DNA from: Bacteroidota bacterium
GTDB taxonomy: Bacteria > Bacteroidota > Bacteroidia > Flavobacteriales > Schleiferiaceae
Direction: 5' to 3'
Assembly: GCA_005786915.1 (NCBI GenBank)
Contig: SYCM01000094.1
Coordinates: forward strand, 1-34,534
Length of the DNA: 34,534 nucleotides
The notes below the pieces were generated by a model. That model was not told where the DNA came from, searched no databases, and saw only the letters and a program-made list of their open reading frames with translations. A program made the translations under genes and the position numbers. Positions 1-8,557 of the stretch are shown piece by piece. Numbering within the stretch: the first letter of the stretch is position 1; each line of letters starts with the position of its first letter.

Positions 1-869
1 GCCAGTCCCACGTCTTCTGCGGCCGAAATCACCAACCTCCGGGCGATGAATTCGGGCGGTTCGCCGCCCGCAATCATGCGGGCCAACCAGTAGACTGCCG
101 CCTGCGGATCGCTTCCACGTATTGACTTGATGAGCGCACTGGCCACGTCGTAGTGCATATCGCCCGCGCGGTCGTAGCGCACCGCCGCCCTGGGGGCGTT
201 CTGGATAATCCACTCCGAAGACAGGACCGTGATCCCGTCGTGCTTGGCAGCGAGGGCCAGTGATTCCAGTAAATTCAAGAAGCGGCGGGCGTCTCCGCCG
301 CCCAGAGGCGCCAAGGTTTCCAAGTCGACGTCGGCGATATGGCAGGCCTGCAGTTCGGCATCCTGCGCGAGCGCACGCCGACCTAAGGCAATCAAGTCCG
401 CATCGTCCAGCGACCGGAGCACGAAGAGCTGGCAGCGCGACAGCAAGGCCGAGTTGACTTCAAAACTCGGATTTTCGGTCGTCGCGCCCACTAAAGTCAA
501 GGTTCCGCGCTCGACTGCGCCCAGCAGCGCGTCCTGCTGGCCTTTGTTGAATCGGTGGATTTCGTCGATGAACAGCATGCGGCCCTTGGGCGCAAACATT
601 CGGTCGTTTTCAGCCCGCGCAATTTCGTCGCGCACGTCTTTAACCCCAGCCGAAACGGCGCTTAACGTCGAAAATGGAAGGTCAACGTGCTGCGCCAGCA
701 GCTGCGCCAAGCTCGTCTTGCCCACTCCCGGCGGACCCCAAAACAGGAGCGAAGGCAATCGCCCGGCCGCGATGGCGGGCCGCAGCGCTCCTTTGGGGCC
801 CACAATGTGCTCCTGACCGACGTATTCGGCCAAGGACTTGGGGCGCATGCGTTCGGCGAGGCTAGGCAT
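1..869 (-). CDS. rarA: Replication-associated recombination protein A (RarA/MgsA AAA+ ATPase); C-terminal part lies beyond the window start
   Basis: Absent from the ORF track because it runs off the window edge. Hand translation of the reverse complement from the ATG at 869-867 gives MPSLAERMRPKSLAEYVGQEHIVGPKGALRPAIAAGRLPSLLFWGPPGVGKTSLAQLLAQHVDLPFSTLS..., then ...GRMLFIDEIHRFNKG. This shows a Walker A motif (GPPGVGKT) and a Walker B/sensor region typical of RarA. The start overlaps the stop of the upstream gene by 8 nt. Confidence 0.85.
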   Translation of the reverse strand, partial: MPSLAERMRPKSLAEYVGQEHIVGPKGALRPAIAAGRLPSLLFWGPPGVGKTSLAQLLAQHVDLPFSTLSAVSAGVKDVRDEIARAENDRMFAPKGRMLFIDEIHRFNKGQQDALLGAVERGTLTLVGATTENPSFEVNSALLSRCQLFVLRSLDDADLIALGRRALAQDAELQACHIADVDLETLAPLGGGDARRFLNLLESLALAAKHDGITVLSSEWIIQNAPRAAVRYDRAGDMHYDVASALIKSIRGSDPQAAVYWLARMIAGGEPPEFIARRLVISAAEDVGL

Positions 870-1632
870 GCTTCCAAAGTTCGGGGGCTTCGAGTCCCAA
901 TCCAAAAAGCGCGAAATCGAGGCGCGCGGGATCTTCAGGGTCTATCGCGCGCAACGCCGCGTCGAGTTCCCGCACGGCGGCAGCGTCGTTGGCAGTACGC
1001 TTCAGCAGTCCGAGGCTTCGCGCCACACGACCAGTATGCACGTCGAGCGGGCAACTCAGGGCGGACTTGGGCAGGTGGGACCAGATTCCAAGGTCCACCC
1101 CGCGCGACGAAGGACGCACCATCCAGCGCAGGTAGAGGTGAAGGCGCTTTGCAGCCGAGCCTGCGGCCGGGCTGGCAATGTGCTTGGCGGTGCGCGAGGC
1201 GACGGCGTCGCCGAGCAGTTCCGTTCGGGCGCGGTCAATGGCGGCAAAAAAATCGGTTTCTCCGGGTTTTAGTGCAAAAAGGGGAGCGAGGGAGCCGTGG
1301 GTCCGAAGGGCTTGCTGCATTCCGCGCAGCAGCACGACCGAGTCTTCAGCAAGTAGGGTACGGTGGCGCCAAGGCAAGGACTTAAGGTCTTCGTCGTCGG
1401 CTTCGAGCAGCCACTGGGCAGGACGGTCGGTCATGCCGGCGAGGGCCCGCTCGGCCGAGGTGATAATCGAGCGGCGCGAACCCCACGCTACGGTCGCGGC
1501 CATGAATCCCACGACTTCTGCGCTCGTCGGGTCGTCGGCAAAGCGCCGCGGGAGCAAAAGGGGATCTGAGGCCACAAATTCGGGCCGTTCCACCCGGTCG
1601 GCCCATTCCAAAACGAGATCGGCTACGCCCAT
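862..1632 (-). CDS. TIGR02757/DUF2400 family protein
   Basis: ORF 862..1716. I chose the internal ATG at 1632 ([19 protein letters not shown]...) because the upstream 28 aa are Gly/Pro/Ala-rich and overlap the preceding gene. Family-typical blocks are AAKRLHLYLRWMVRP, GVDLGIW, CPLDVHTGRVARSLGLL and DFALFGLG. Confidence 0.8.
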   Translation of the reverse strand: MGVADLVLEWADRVERPEFVASDPLLLPRRFADDPTSAEVVGFMAATVAWGSRRSIITSAERALAGMTDRPAQWLLEADDEDLKSLPWRHRTLLAEDSVVLLRGMQQALRTHGSLAPLFALKPGETDFFAAIDRARTELLGDAVASRTAKHIASPAAGSAAKRLHLYLRWMVRPSSRGVDLGIWSHLPKSALSCPLDVHTGRVARSLGLLKRTANDAAAVRELDAALRAIDPEDPARLDFALFGLGLEAPELWKHA

Positions 1633-2279
1633 GCTCCGTCCTGCAGGTGCAGTCGGCGGTCGGTGCGAGCCGCAAGCCAATCCGAGTGCGTCACCACCAC
1701 CACCGACACGTTCCACGTGCTTCGAGCTTCGGCAAGCAGGGAATAAAGTTCTTCGGAACGCGCGCGGTCGAGGTTGCCAGAGGGTTCGTCGGCGAGCACC
1801 ACCTTAGGGCGGTTAATTAGGGCCCGAGCAATCGCTACGCGCTGCTGTTCGCCGCCGCTCAGCGCGTCGGGGCGGTGCTTAAGGCGCTCGGAAAGGTCCA
1901 GGCGTTCAGCCAGTTCGTGGGCGACGACCTCGGCTTCGCGCGCCGACCGACCTGCAATGAGGGCGGGAAGTACGATGTTTTCGAGCGCCGTTAATTCGGG
2001 CATTAAATGGTGGAACTGAAAAACCAGTCCGAGCTCCTGATTGCGAAAGCGGTCTAGTGCGGCACCCTGAGTAGGGTAGGGAGCACCCGCAAAGCGCAGC
2101 TGACCTGAATCCGCCTGATCGAGACCCGCCAGCAGGTGAAGCAGGGTGGATTTACCCGAGCCGCTCGCGCCCGTGATGGCGACAAACTCCGACTCAAAAA
2201 GCTCGAAATCAAGGTTCTGTAAAACCTGAAGGCTTCCGTAGCTCTTGCAAAGGTGTTCGGCTTGAATTAAGGGCTTCAT
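1623..2279 (-). CDS. ABC transporter ATP-binding protein (LolD/MacB-type ATPase)
   Basis: 218-aa ORF with Walker [13 protein letters not shown] signature [15 protein letters not shown] and Walker [13 protein letters not shown]. It overlaps the next gene by about 10 nt, suggesting an operon with the TIGR02757 gene and rarA. Confidence 0.88.
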   Translation of the reverse strand: MKPLIQAEHLCKSYGSLQVLQNLDFELFESEFVAITGASGSGKSTLLHLLAGLDQADSGQLRFAGAPYPTQGAALDRFRNQELGLVFQFHHLMPELTALENIVLPALIAGRSAREAEVVAHELAERLDLSERLKHRPDALSGGEQQRVAIARALINRPKVVLADEPSGNLDRARSEELYSLLAEARSTWNVSVVVVTHSDWLAARTDRRLHLQDGAWA

Positions 2280-2297
2280 GCCTCAAAAGTAGGCTGA

Positions 2298-2323
2298 AAT
2301 CCGAGGTCTGCGGCGTACTTTTG
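2298..2323 (+). promoter_or_regulatory. Putative sucC promoter: AATCCG-N12-TACTTTTG (Bacteroidetes-type -7 box TAnnTTTG at 2316-2323)
   Basis: The perfect TAnnTTTG match TACTTTTG ends 34 nt before the sucC ATG. The same AATCCG-N12-(CG)TACTTTTGC arrangement, with the same spacing, occurs upstream of sucD at 30958-30983. Confidence 0.5.
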
Positions 2324-2356
2324 CGCCGACTCTTCGCAACCTAAGAAACTCCTTCC

Positions 2357-3547
2357 ATGAACATTCACGAATACCAAGGCAAAGAAATTTTAGCCGGATA
2401 CGGCGTGCGCACTCAGCGCGGAATCGTGGCATGTACTCCTGAAGAAGCGGTTGCGGCAGCCAAGCAACTTACCGAACAAACCGGAACCGGTTGGCACGTG
2501 GTCAAGGCACAGGTTCATGCGGGCGGACGAGGTAAAGGAGGCGGCGTGAAGCTGGCCAAAAACCTCGACGAAGTGCGCGAGCGCGCCGAGCAAATCATTG
2601 GAATGATGCTCGTGACCCCCCAAACTTCGGCCGAAGGCAAAAAAGTGCATCAGGTGCTGATCGCTGAAGACGTGTACTATCCGGGCGAGTCGCCGACCGC
2701 TGAGTTCTACATGTCGGTACTTCTCGACCGCGCCGCAGGATGCCCGATGATCATGTACAGCCCCGACGGCGGTATGGACATCGAAGAGGTGGCTGAGAAC
2801 CATCCAGAGCGCATTTTCATTGAGCACATCGACCCGTCGGTGGGACTTCAGGACTTTCAAGCGCGGCGCATTGCGTTCAACTTGGGCTTGAGCGGTTCCG
2901 CCATGAAGGAAATGATCAGCTTTGTCAAGAGCCTCGTGAAGGCCTACCAAGGTGCAGATGCTTCGCTGTTTGAAATCAACCCGGTCCTCAAGACGAGCGA
3001 CAACCTCATCATGGCCGTAGACGCCAAGGTGGTGCTCGACGACAACTCCCTGTTCCGTCACCCCGATTTGGCTTTGCTTCGCGACACGCGCGACGAAGAT
3101 CCCACTGAGGTGCGCGCCGGAGAAGTCGGTCTGAATTTCGTGAAGCTCGACGGCAACGTGGGCTGCATGGTCAACGGGGCGGGGCTTGCGATGGCCACCA
3201 TGGACATCATCAAAATGGCGGGCGGCAACCCCGCCAACTTCCTTGATGTGGGCGGAACCGCTGACGCCCAGCGCGTGGAAACGGCCTTCCGCATCATTCT
3301 AGAAGACGCCAACGTGAAGGCCATTCTCGTCAATATTTTTGGCGGAATTGTGCGCTGCGACCGCGTAGCCCAAGGTATTGTCGATGCGTACCGTTCCATC
3401 GGAGAAATTCCGGTGCCCATCATCGTTCGCCTTCAGGGAACCAATGCCGCTGAAGCTAAGAAGCTCATTGAAGACAGCGGGCTGAAGGTGTACTCGGCCA
3501 TCATGCTTCAGGAAGCCGCGGACTTGGTTCGCCAGCACGTCAGCTAA
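2357..3547 (+). CDS. sucC: Succinyl-CoA ligase (ADP-forming) beta subunit
   Basis: 396-aa ORF starting MNIHEYQGKEILAGYGV, with an ATP-grasp region (VVKAQVHAGGRGKGGGVKL) and a C-terminal CoA-ligase domain (MVNGAGLAMATMD, NIFGGIVRCD). Confidence 0.96.
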   Translation: MNIHEYQGKEILAGYGVRTQRGIVACTPEEAVAAAKQLTEQTGTGWHVVKAQVHAGGRGKGGGVKLAKNLDEVRERAEQIIGMMLVTPQTSAEGKKVHQVLIAEDVYYPGESPTAEFYMSVLLDRAAGCPMIMYSPDGGMDIEEVAENHPERIFIEHIDPSVGLQDFQARRIAFNLGLSGSAMKEMISFVKSLVKAYQGADASLFEINPVLKTSDNLIMAVDAKVVLDDNSLFRHPDLALLRDTRDEDPTEVRAGEVGLNFVKLDGNVGCMVNGAGLAMATMDIIKMAGGNPANFLDVGGTADAQRVETAFRIILEDANVKAILVNIFGGIVRCDRVAQGIVDAYRSIGEIPVPIIVRLQGTNAAEAKKLIEDSGLKVYSAIMLQEAADLVRQHVS

Positions 3548-3558
3548 GGGAATGCCGC

Positions 3559-4083
3559 ATGCACGCGCTTGAGCTCGCTTCGGCGCTGCTGAACGGGGGC
3601 TACGCTCTGGGTCTTGCGTACCGCAAGCGCTGGGCATGGCCCCTTGGCTTTCTCGGAACGCTGTTGACCATTGCGGTTATGCTTCAGGCGAAGCTCTATG
3701 CGGAATCGCTGCTCAACCTAACGTACGCGGCAATGGCCCTGCTCGGGTGGTTGGCCTGGTCCCATGTGGGGCGCTTCTCTTGGACCGCTCGGCCCCTTCG
3801 CGACGCAGGTTGGGCTGTGGGTGCCGCCGTTTTAACCGCCTGGCTCATGCGTTCCTTTACCGACAATCCGCGGCCTATCTGGGACGCCTTGCTCTTTTCG
3901 GGCGGACTTCTCGCTACCTGGTGGCAGGTTTGTGGCGAGCGTTGGAACTGGCCGCTCTGGACCGTCCTTAACCTTGCGGGGCTGTACGTGTACGCCGACC
4001 TTGGACTCGAGATTTATGCAGCCTATAGCGGACTGATGGCACTGGTGGCCGTTTGGGGCTGGTACCGATGGAGCGTCCGCTAA
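3559..4083 (+). CDS. pnuC: Nicotinamide riboside transporter PnuC-family membrane protein
   Basis: 174-aa polytopic hydrophobic ORF. It carries the duplicated PnuC-like pattern W-W-P-x-G ... LYA ... Y ... GW..W in both halves (RWAWPLGFLG...KLYAESLLNLTYAAMALLGWLAW and RWNWPLWTVLN...IYAAYSGLMALVAVWGWYRW). Confidence 0.65.
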   Translation: MHALELASALLNGGYALGLAYRKRWAWPLGFLGTLLTIAVMLQAKLYAESLLNLTYAAMALLGWLAWSHVGRFSWTARPLRDAGWAVGAAVLTAWLMRSFTDNPRPIWDALLFSGGLLATWWQVCGERWNWPLWTVLNLAGLYVYADLGLEIYAAYSGLMALVAVWGWYRWSVR

Positions 4084-4700
4084 AACGCGGCTAGCCAGGA
4101 GGCAATTGCTTGCCAACAGTCCGGAGCAATGCCGTGGCCCATTCGGAATCGCTGGACCGTCAAGGTCGCGCCGCGGAGCTGAGCGCGCTCGTAGCTGGGC
4201 ACCGAAAGGGATGGCGGAATGACCCCGTCTTCGTCGCCAACTGCGGCGAGGTGGGGCAAATCAGGGTCGGGGTTCCACGTCAGGTCGTCCGCAAACCAGT
4301 CCATCGGGGCGTAGCTCGCCACGGCCACGCATCCCGAAATCAATTCCGGCCGGCTCAGCGCCAGGGCATTGGCCATGATTCCGCCCTGCGAAAAGCCAAA
4401 GAGTACCGGCTTCGTTCCCGATCGTTCGAGGGCCTCCGTCAGGGAATCCATGGTTTCGCGCACTTGACCGGCGTCCATGTGGCGCACGCCGTTCGCATCA
4501 AAATGCAGGTCGTACCAGGCGAATCCCCCCTGGTCCAAGGGCCGAGGAGCGCGCAGCGAGCGCACGGTCCAATCGCGCGGAAGCAAACGGGCTAATCCAA
4601 ACAAGTCGCCTTCGTGGCTGCCGTACCCGTGAAGGAACCATAATTCACGGCGCGCAGGGCCCTCGGCCTCGCGCACCTGGGCAGCGTGCAGCACATTCAC
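4080..4700 (-). CDS. Alpha/beta hydrolase (phospholipase/carboxylesterase family)
   Basis: 206-aa ORF with nucleophile elbow GFSQGG, plus downstream Asp (GDEDGVIP) and His (RMGHGI) candidates. Its start overlaps the upstream stop in an ATGA arrangement. Confidence 0.75.
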   Translation of the reverse strand: MNVLHAAQVREAEGPARRELWFLHGYGSHEGDLFGLARLLPRDWTVRSLRAPRPLDQGGFAWYDLHFDANGVRHMDAGQVRETMDSLTEALERSGTKPVLFGFSQGGIMANALALSRPELISGCVAVASYAPMDWFADDLTWNPDPDLPHLAAVGDEDGVIPPSLSVPSYERAQLRGATLTVQRFRMGHGIAPDCWQAIASWLAAF

Positions 4701-5137
4701 CGTTCAATGTCCCAAGTTAGGTCGGCGAGTAGGCGAATCGAATGCACAAAGTCCAAAGCGGGGCGCCGGGACAGCGACCATTCTTCGGGGCTGAGCATGG
4801 ATAAAACGTGTTCCCCCTCGGCGCGGCGGTACAAGTGGTACACGTGGTTGATTACCGGCTTGAAGCTCATTTTGGCGCCGTAAACCCATTCCGAAACTTC
4901 ACGTCGCCGCTGAATGGCCTTGGCTTGTTCGGCCAGTAATTCCATCTGACGGCGAAGCAAGTCCATTTGCTGGTCTGTTTGCTGCGCCATGGTTTCGAGC
5001 GACTGGTGGCGGATCATGCCTTCCTGCGTCGGCACGATGGGTGGTCCGCTCACCGAATGCGCGTAGGGCAGGAGGCCCGGATTTTGGGCCACCTTGTCGG
5101 CGTCGATGGGGTTAACCGTTATAGGGCGATCGCTCAT
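4697..5137 (-). CDS. DUF2452-like conserved hypothetical protein
   Basis: 146-aa ORF with good GC3 bias. The sequence pattern (PYAHSVSGPPI, a coiled MDLLRRQMELLAEQAKAIQRR segment, PVINHVYHLY) matches my recollection of Bacteroidota DUF2452 proteins. The function is unknown. Confidence 0.6.
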   Translation of the reverse strand: MSDRPITVNPIDADKVAQNPGLLPYAHSVSGPPIVPTQEGMIRHQSLETMAQQTDQQMDLLRRQMELLAEQAKAIQRRREVSEWVYGAKMSFKPVINHVYHLYRRAEGEHVLSMLSPEEWSLSRRPALDFVHSIRLLADLTWDIER

Positions 5138-5146
5138 GCAGCAAAG

Positions 5147-5602
5147 TTAAAGGGTGCCGAACATGCGTTCGTTCGCCGCCCAGCGGTACGAAAAAATCTG
5201 CTCAAGTTTGGGGCGGACCAACCACGGATGCACCAGATTGCCCAAAATCCCCAAAGGCACTTTGTAGTGAACCACGTCGGTCATCTTTACCCCGCCAGGA
5301 ACCGAATCAAAAAAATGCTCGTGGTGCCAAATCGCATAAGGTCCCACGCGCTGCTCATCCACAAAATAGGATCCTTCGCGAACGTGCGTTATTTCTGTGA
5401 CCCAACGCATCGGTATCCCAAGAAGGGGAGAAACCGTATACTCAATGAACAAACCCGGATACATGACTTCAGGCACGTCACCGTGCACCACAAATCCGAG
5501 TTCCTTGGGGGTAATTTTGGCTAAGTTCTTCGGTGATGAAAAGAAGGCCCAGGCTTCTTCGAGTGAGATGGGCAAAACTTGGGTTCGTTCGATGCGGTAC
5601 AT
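5147..5602 (-). CDS. SRPBCC (START/polyketide-cyclase-like) family protein
   Basis: 151-aa ORF starting MYRIERTQVLPISLEEAWAFFSSPKNLAKITP, with FVDEQRVGPYAIWHHEHFF typical of the COG4276 SRPBCC group. Confidence 0.7.
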   Translation of the reverse strand: MYRIERTQVLPISLEEAWAFFSSPKNLAKITPKELGFVVHGDVPEVMYPGLFIEYTVSPLLGIPMRWVTEITHVREGSYFVDEQRVGPYAIWHHEHFFDSVPGGVKMTDVVHYKVPLGILGNLVHPWLVRPKLEQIFSYRWAANERMFGTL

Positions 5603-5625
5603 GCCCTGTTAACCGAGGCGCGAAC

Positions 5626-6009
5626 CTAATGTTCAGCCCCTTCAGGCTCAAGCACCCGGAACTTGCCGTCGCGTACTAATATTAACTGATCGTAACCCGA
5701 AGCACGAAGGACGCTGGTTTTGGGCGCAATGGAGGTCTTCTTGGCGACTACCACCTTTGGCAGCTGCGATTTTTCTTCGAGTCTCGTCATGTCCCTGGGC
5801 GTCCCCAAAATGACGAAGGTCAAGTCAAAGTCAGAATAGACCCGCGCGGCGTGCTGAACCACGCTCAAACTCAGTTTGTTCCGTCCCGTCAAAATGTGCG
5901 AAAGGACGGCTCGAGAAACACCAAGATCGCGAGCAACCGCCGCCGCACTCCGCGAACTGCGCTCCATCCATTCCTTAAAACGTTCATTTTCTGCCGGTAT
6001 GCGTCCCAT
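5626..6009 (-). CDS. Helix-turn-helix (XRE-like) DNA-binding protein
   Basis: 127-aa ORF with an N-terminal HTH segment (SAAAVARDLGVSRAVLSHILTGRNKLSL). The C-terminal half has no motif I recognise. Confidence 0.6.
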   Translation of the reverse strand: MGRIPAENERFKEWMERSSRSAAAVARDLGVSRAVLSHILTGRNKLSLSVVQHAARVYSDFDLTFVILGTPRDMTRLEEKSQLPKVVVAKKTSIAPKTSVLRASGYDQLILVRDGKFRVLEPEGAEH

Positions 6010-6018
6010 ACCTCAAAG

Positions 6019-6966
6019 TTACAATTCGTAGGCAACGTTTACAATTGTTTCACCCTTTGTGTTGAAGTATTCAACAAACAGTTGTTGTTGGGTGACTGTG
6101 ATGACTGCGAAGTGCTCTTGATTGATTGGCTTTCCCACGATGGTAGTGTTTTCCTCTGTTTCGGGACTTCGCGGAGGGAATACCTTGGAGGTAAGCGGCG
6201 AAGAACAAACTTCGATGAATCGTTTTTCGCGGTGCTGAAGCTCCTCGACTTCACCGTGGTGGCGATCGCCCGTCAAAAACACCACTCTGCCGGGAAAGCG
6301 CGCGCATCGATCCAACAACTCCAAACGCTCCTTTGGGTAGCGGACCATATTTTCAAAGGACTCCGCCAAATTCAGTACCTGCGAACCGACGGCAACGAAC
6401 ACCACGCGGGCGTCGCGGTTTTGCTCAAGTTCTAAAGAAAGCCACTCCAACTGCCCCTTACCGAGCACCTGGGTACCTATGGGGCCCCGATGCGTACGGT
6501 CGTCAAGGGCAATAAAATGAACCGCTCCGCGACGCTCGGACCATCTCAGGTCGCCATACTTGGCCAAATTGAACGGGGTATCCGCAAAAATAGACGAGAA
6601 AATTCGGGCACTCACTCCGCGGAGCGCATAGGTCGAGTCCGCGTCGTTGGGACCAAAATCGTGGTCGTCCCAAATGGCTCGCTGCGGAACAGACTTCATC
6701 ATGCTCGCCAAGGGCGGACTCGACAAACGGCGTTCCCAGTTTTTCACCATCAGTGTGCTGTCGTTCCATTCCTCTGCGGTATAGTAGGTATTGTCGCCTA
6801 ACCAAAAAAAGAACGAGGGCTTTTTTTCTTCAATTCGGGCAAAAATGGCCTCGCGTTCAGGCGTACGAAGTTCCGCACAGCTTCCCGCAGCGAAGCGCAG
6901 ATTTTGCCCCAAAGCAACCAACGGCAAAGCAAGGAGCGCCGCAACGGAGCCAACAAGGTATTTCAT
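6019..6966 (-). CDS. Secreted PhoD-like metallophosphatase (alkaline phosphatase D family)
   Basis: 315-aa ORF with a signal peptide (MKYLVGSVAALLALPLVALGQ) and metallophosphatase blocks FAAGSC, WLGDNTYY, WDDHDFGPND and LTGDRHHGE. Confidence 0.78.
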   Translation of the reverse strand: MKYLVGSVAALLALPLVALGQNLRFAAGSCAELRTPEREAIFARIEEKKPSFFFWLGDNTYYTAEEWNDSTLMVKNWERRLSSPPLASMMKSVPQRAIWDDHDFGPNDADSTYALRGVSARIFSSIFADTPFNLAKYGDLRWSERRGAVHFIALDDRTHRGPIGTQVLGKGQLEWLSLELEQNRDARVVFVAVGSQVLNLAESFENMVRYPKERLELLDRCARFPGRVVFLTGDRHHGEVEELQHREKRFIEVCSSPLTSKVFPPRSPETEENTTIVGKPINQEHFAVITVTQQQLFVEYFNTKGETIVNVAYEL

Positions 6967-8056
6967 GTACGAAAGTTACTCGTCGAAACCGCTTAATTTT
7001 GGCACTGTGCGTTACCAAAACTTTAGTTCTCGAAGCCAGCAACTCGACCGCGCCGCACAGGCTGGAGGTTGGATTCTCGAAAACATTGATCCCCAGGGTG
7101 ATTTTCCCTTTTGGGTCGCTCGACACCCACAGGCTCACGGACGGATCCCTCGGGTCGCTTGGTCCATGATGCACGGCAACGAACCGACGGGGTTTGCGGC
7201 GCTTTGTGCGCTGATGGCGGCGGGCGAACCCCACAGCGATTGGACCTTGGTGCCGCTGGTAAACCCCACGGGCATCGATCTTTTTACGCGTTGCACCGCC
7301 TCAGGATTGGATCTAAATCGCTGCGCCCGCCGATCGGGACCGCGTGAGGCGGACCTACTCAAGCACGTAATTCAGTCCAAACCCTTCCGTTTAGCGCTCA
7401 ATCTTCACGACCAGCGCAGCTTGTTTCATCCTACGGGTTCCTCTATCCCAAGTTCGCTCAGCGTTTTGGCGCCCCGGGCGCGTACGCCTCAAGGGGAGTC
7501 GGTTCCCGCCGAAGCACAGGGATGGGCCGGCTGGATCAGTACCTCAATGTCCCGGCGCGAGCCCAACTGGGGGTACGCACGATTTGACGATCAATACTAC
7601 CCCGAGGCCTTCGGAGAATGGTGCCAAGAGCTGGGAATTCTTACCGTAACCGTCGAAACCGGAGTTGCCATAGGCGACTACGCGCGAACCCGCGTAGCCC
7701 AGCAGCTGGGAGACATCCTTATCGAACTTGACCAAATGGAACGGCCACAAGCTAGTTCTTTCACCCACTACCAAGCCCTGCCGTTCAACGCCGCCAACGG
7801 CGTGGATGTGCTCTTGAGCGACGGTGATTCTGAAAGCTACTGGAAGTTCGAAGAAGAGGTCCAGGACCGAGCCTACCGTTGCGGTTTGGCGCGCGTTATT
7901 CCCTCAGAAGGGGCGGAGGTTCCGGTGTACCACCGCGTGGAGTGTGCACCCGACGAGTACCGCATTCTTACCGCTCGCGATCGCTGGACCTCAGTAGAGC
8001 TTTACGCAAGCGCTTCCGAAGGCTTACGCTCCTTGGCCGCGGGACTGCCTAAGTAG
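6965..8056 (+). CDS. M14-like zinc carboxypeptidase / succinylglutamate-desuccinylase-like protein
   Basis: The track ORF 6791..8056 extends antisense into the phoD-like gene, so I chose the ATG at 6965 (MYESYSSKPL...); the GTG at 7007 is an alternative start. It has an HxxE zinc motif (MHGNEPTG), a later His (LNLHDQ) and a catalytic Glu candidate (TVTVETG). No signal peptide is visible. Confidence 0.6.
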   Translation: MYESYSSKPLNFGTVRYQNFSSRSQQLDRAAQAGGWILENIDPQGDFPFWVARHPQAHGRIPRVAWSMMHGNEPTGFAALCALMAAGEPHSDWTLVPLVNPTGIDLFTRCTASGLDLNRCARRSGPREADLLKHVIQSKPFRLALNLHDQRSLFHPTGSSIPSSLSVLAPRARTPQGESVPAEAQGWAGWISTSMSRREPNWGYARFDDQYYPEAFGEWCQELGILTVTVETGVAIGDYARTRVAQQLGDILIELDQMERPQASSFTHYQALPFNAANGVDVLLSDGDSESYWKFEEEVQDRAYRCGLARVIPSEGAEVPVYHRVECAPDEYRILTARDRWTSVELYASASEGLRSLAAGLPK

Positions 8057-8364
8057 GTGAAATCCCTCGCTACTACCTCGGTTCGGTTCACGGTCTGCTG
8101 CTCGCTGTTGGTGTAGCTCGAATAGGCGATACTGCCTTCGATCACGCACAAATCGCCTTTCTTCATGATTTTGCTTGCGCGGACCGCAAGCTTGTTGAAC
8201 ATGACGAACTGATGCCAAAGGGTACGGTCCTCGTACGTGCCCTCGGCATTCTTCACGCGGTCGTGCGTCGCAATGCTGCAGCGCAAGCGAACTACGTCGT
8301 TTTCGAAGTTCTTGATTTCAGGGTCGGTGCCCAAGTAGCCAATAAGTTGAATTTTGTTTTTCAT
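8002..8364 (-). CDS. ssb: Single-stranded DNA-binding protein paralog (OB fold, no acidic C-terminal tip)
   Basis: 120-aa ORF starting MKNKIQLIGYLGTDPEIK, with RTLWHQFVMFNKLA, KKGDLCVIEGSI and NRTEVVARDF, the classic SSB OB-fold pattern. It ends ...AAKERKPSEALA without a DDxPF-type tip. Its last 55 nt overlap the 3' end of the convergent M14-like gene. Confidence 0.8.
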   Translation of the reverse strand: MKNKIQLIGYLGTDPEIKNFENDVVRLRCSIATHDRVKNAEGTYEDRTLWHQFVMFNKLAVRASKIMKKGDLCVIEGSIAYSSYTNSEQQTVNRTEVVARDFTYLGSPAAKERKPSEALA

Positions 8365-8557
8365 GATTTATACAATTGTTAATTAAGATTAAACAGGACA
8401 AACCTCAGGTCAGACGCGCACTTAAGTAGGTTATAAACGTAAAATCAGGAATTTATTAACTTTTTGTTCATTACTCACTTAGGGCGTAAATAGTTACAAT
8501 TGTATACATAATTTCGGCGCCGTTCCATTTGTAATTAATCTTAAAACCTCACAGACA

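Noticed and set aside
229-1385. Long plus-strand ORFs 229..816 and 687..1385 (195 and 232 aa)
   Set aside because: Their translations are Ser/Ala/Arg/Pro-rich and low in complexity. They lie entirely antisense to the well-supported rarA and TIGR02757 genes, which is typical of off-frame ORFs in GC-rich DNA.
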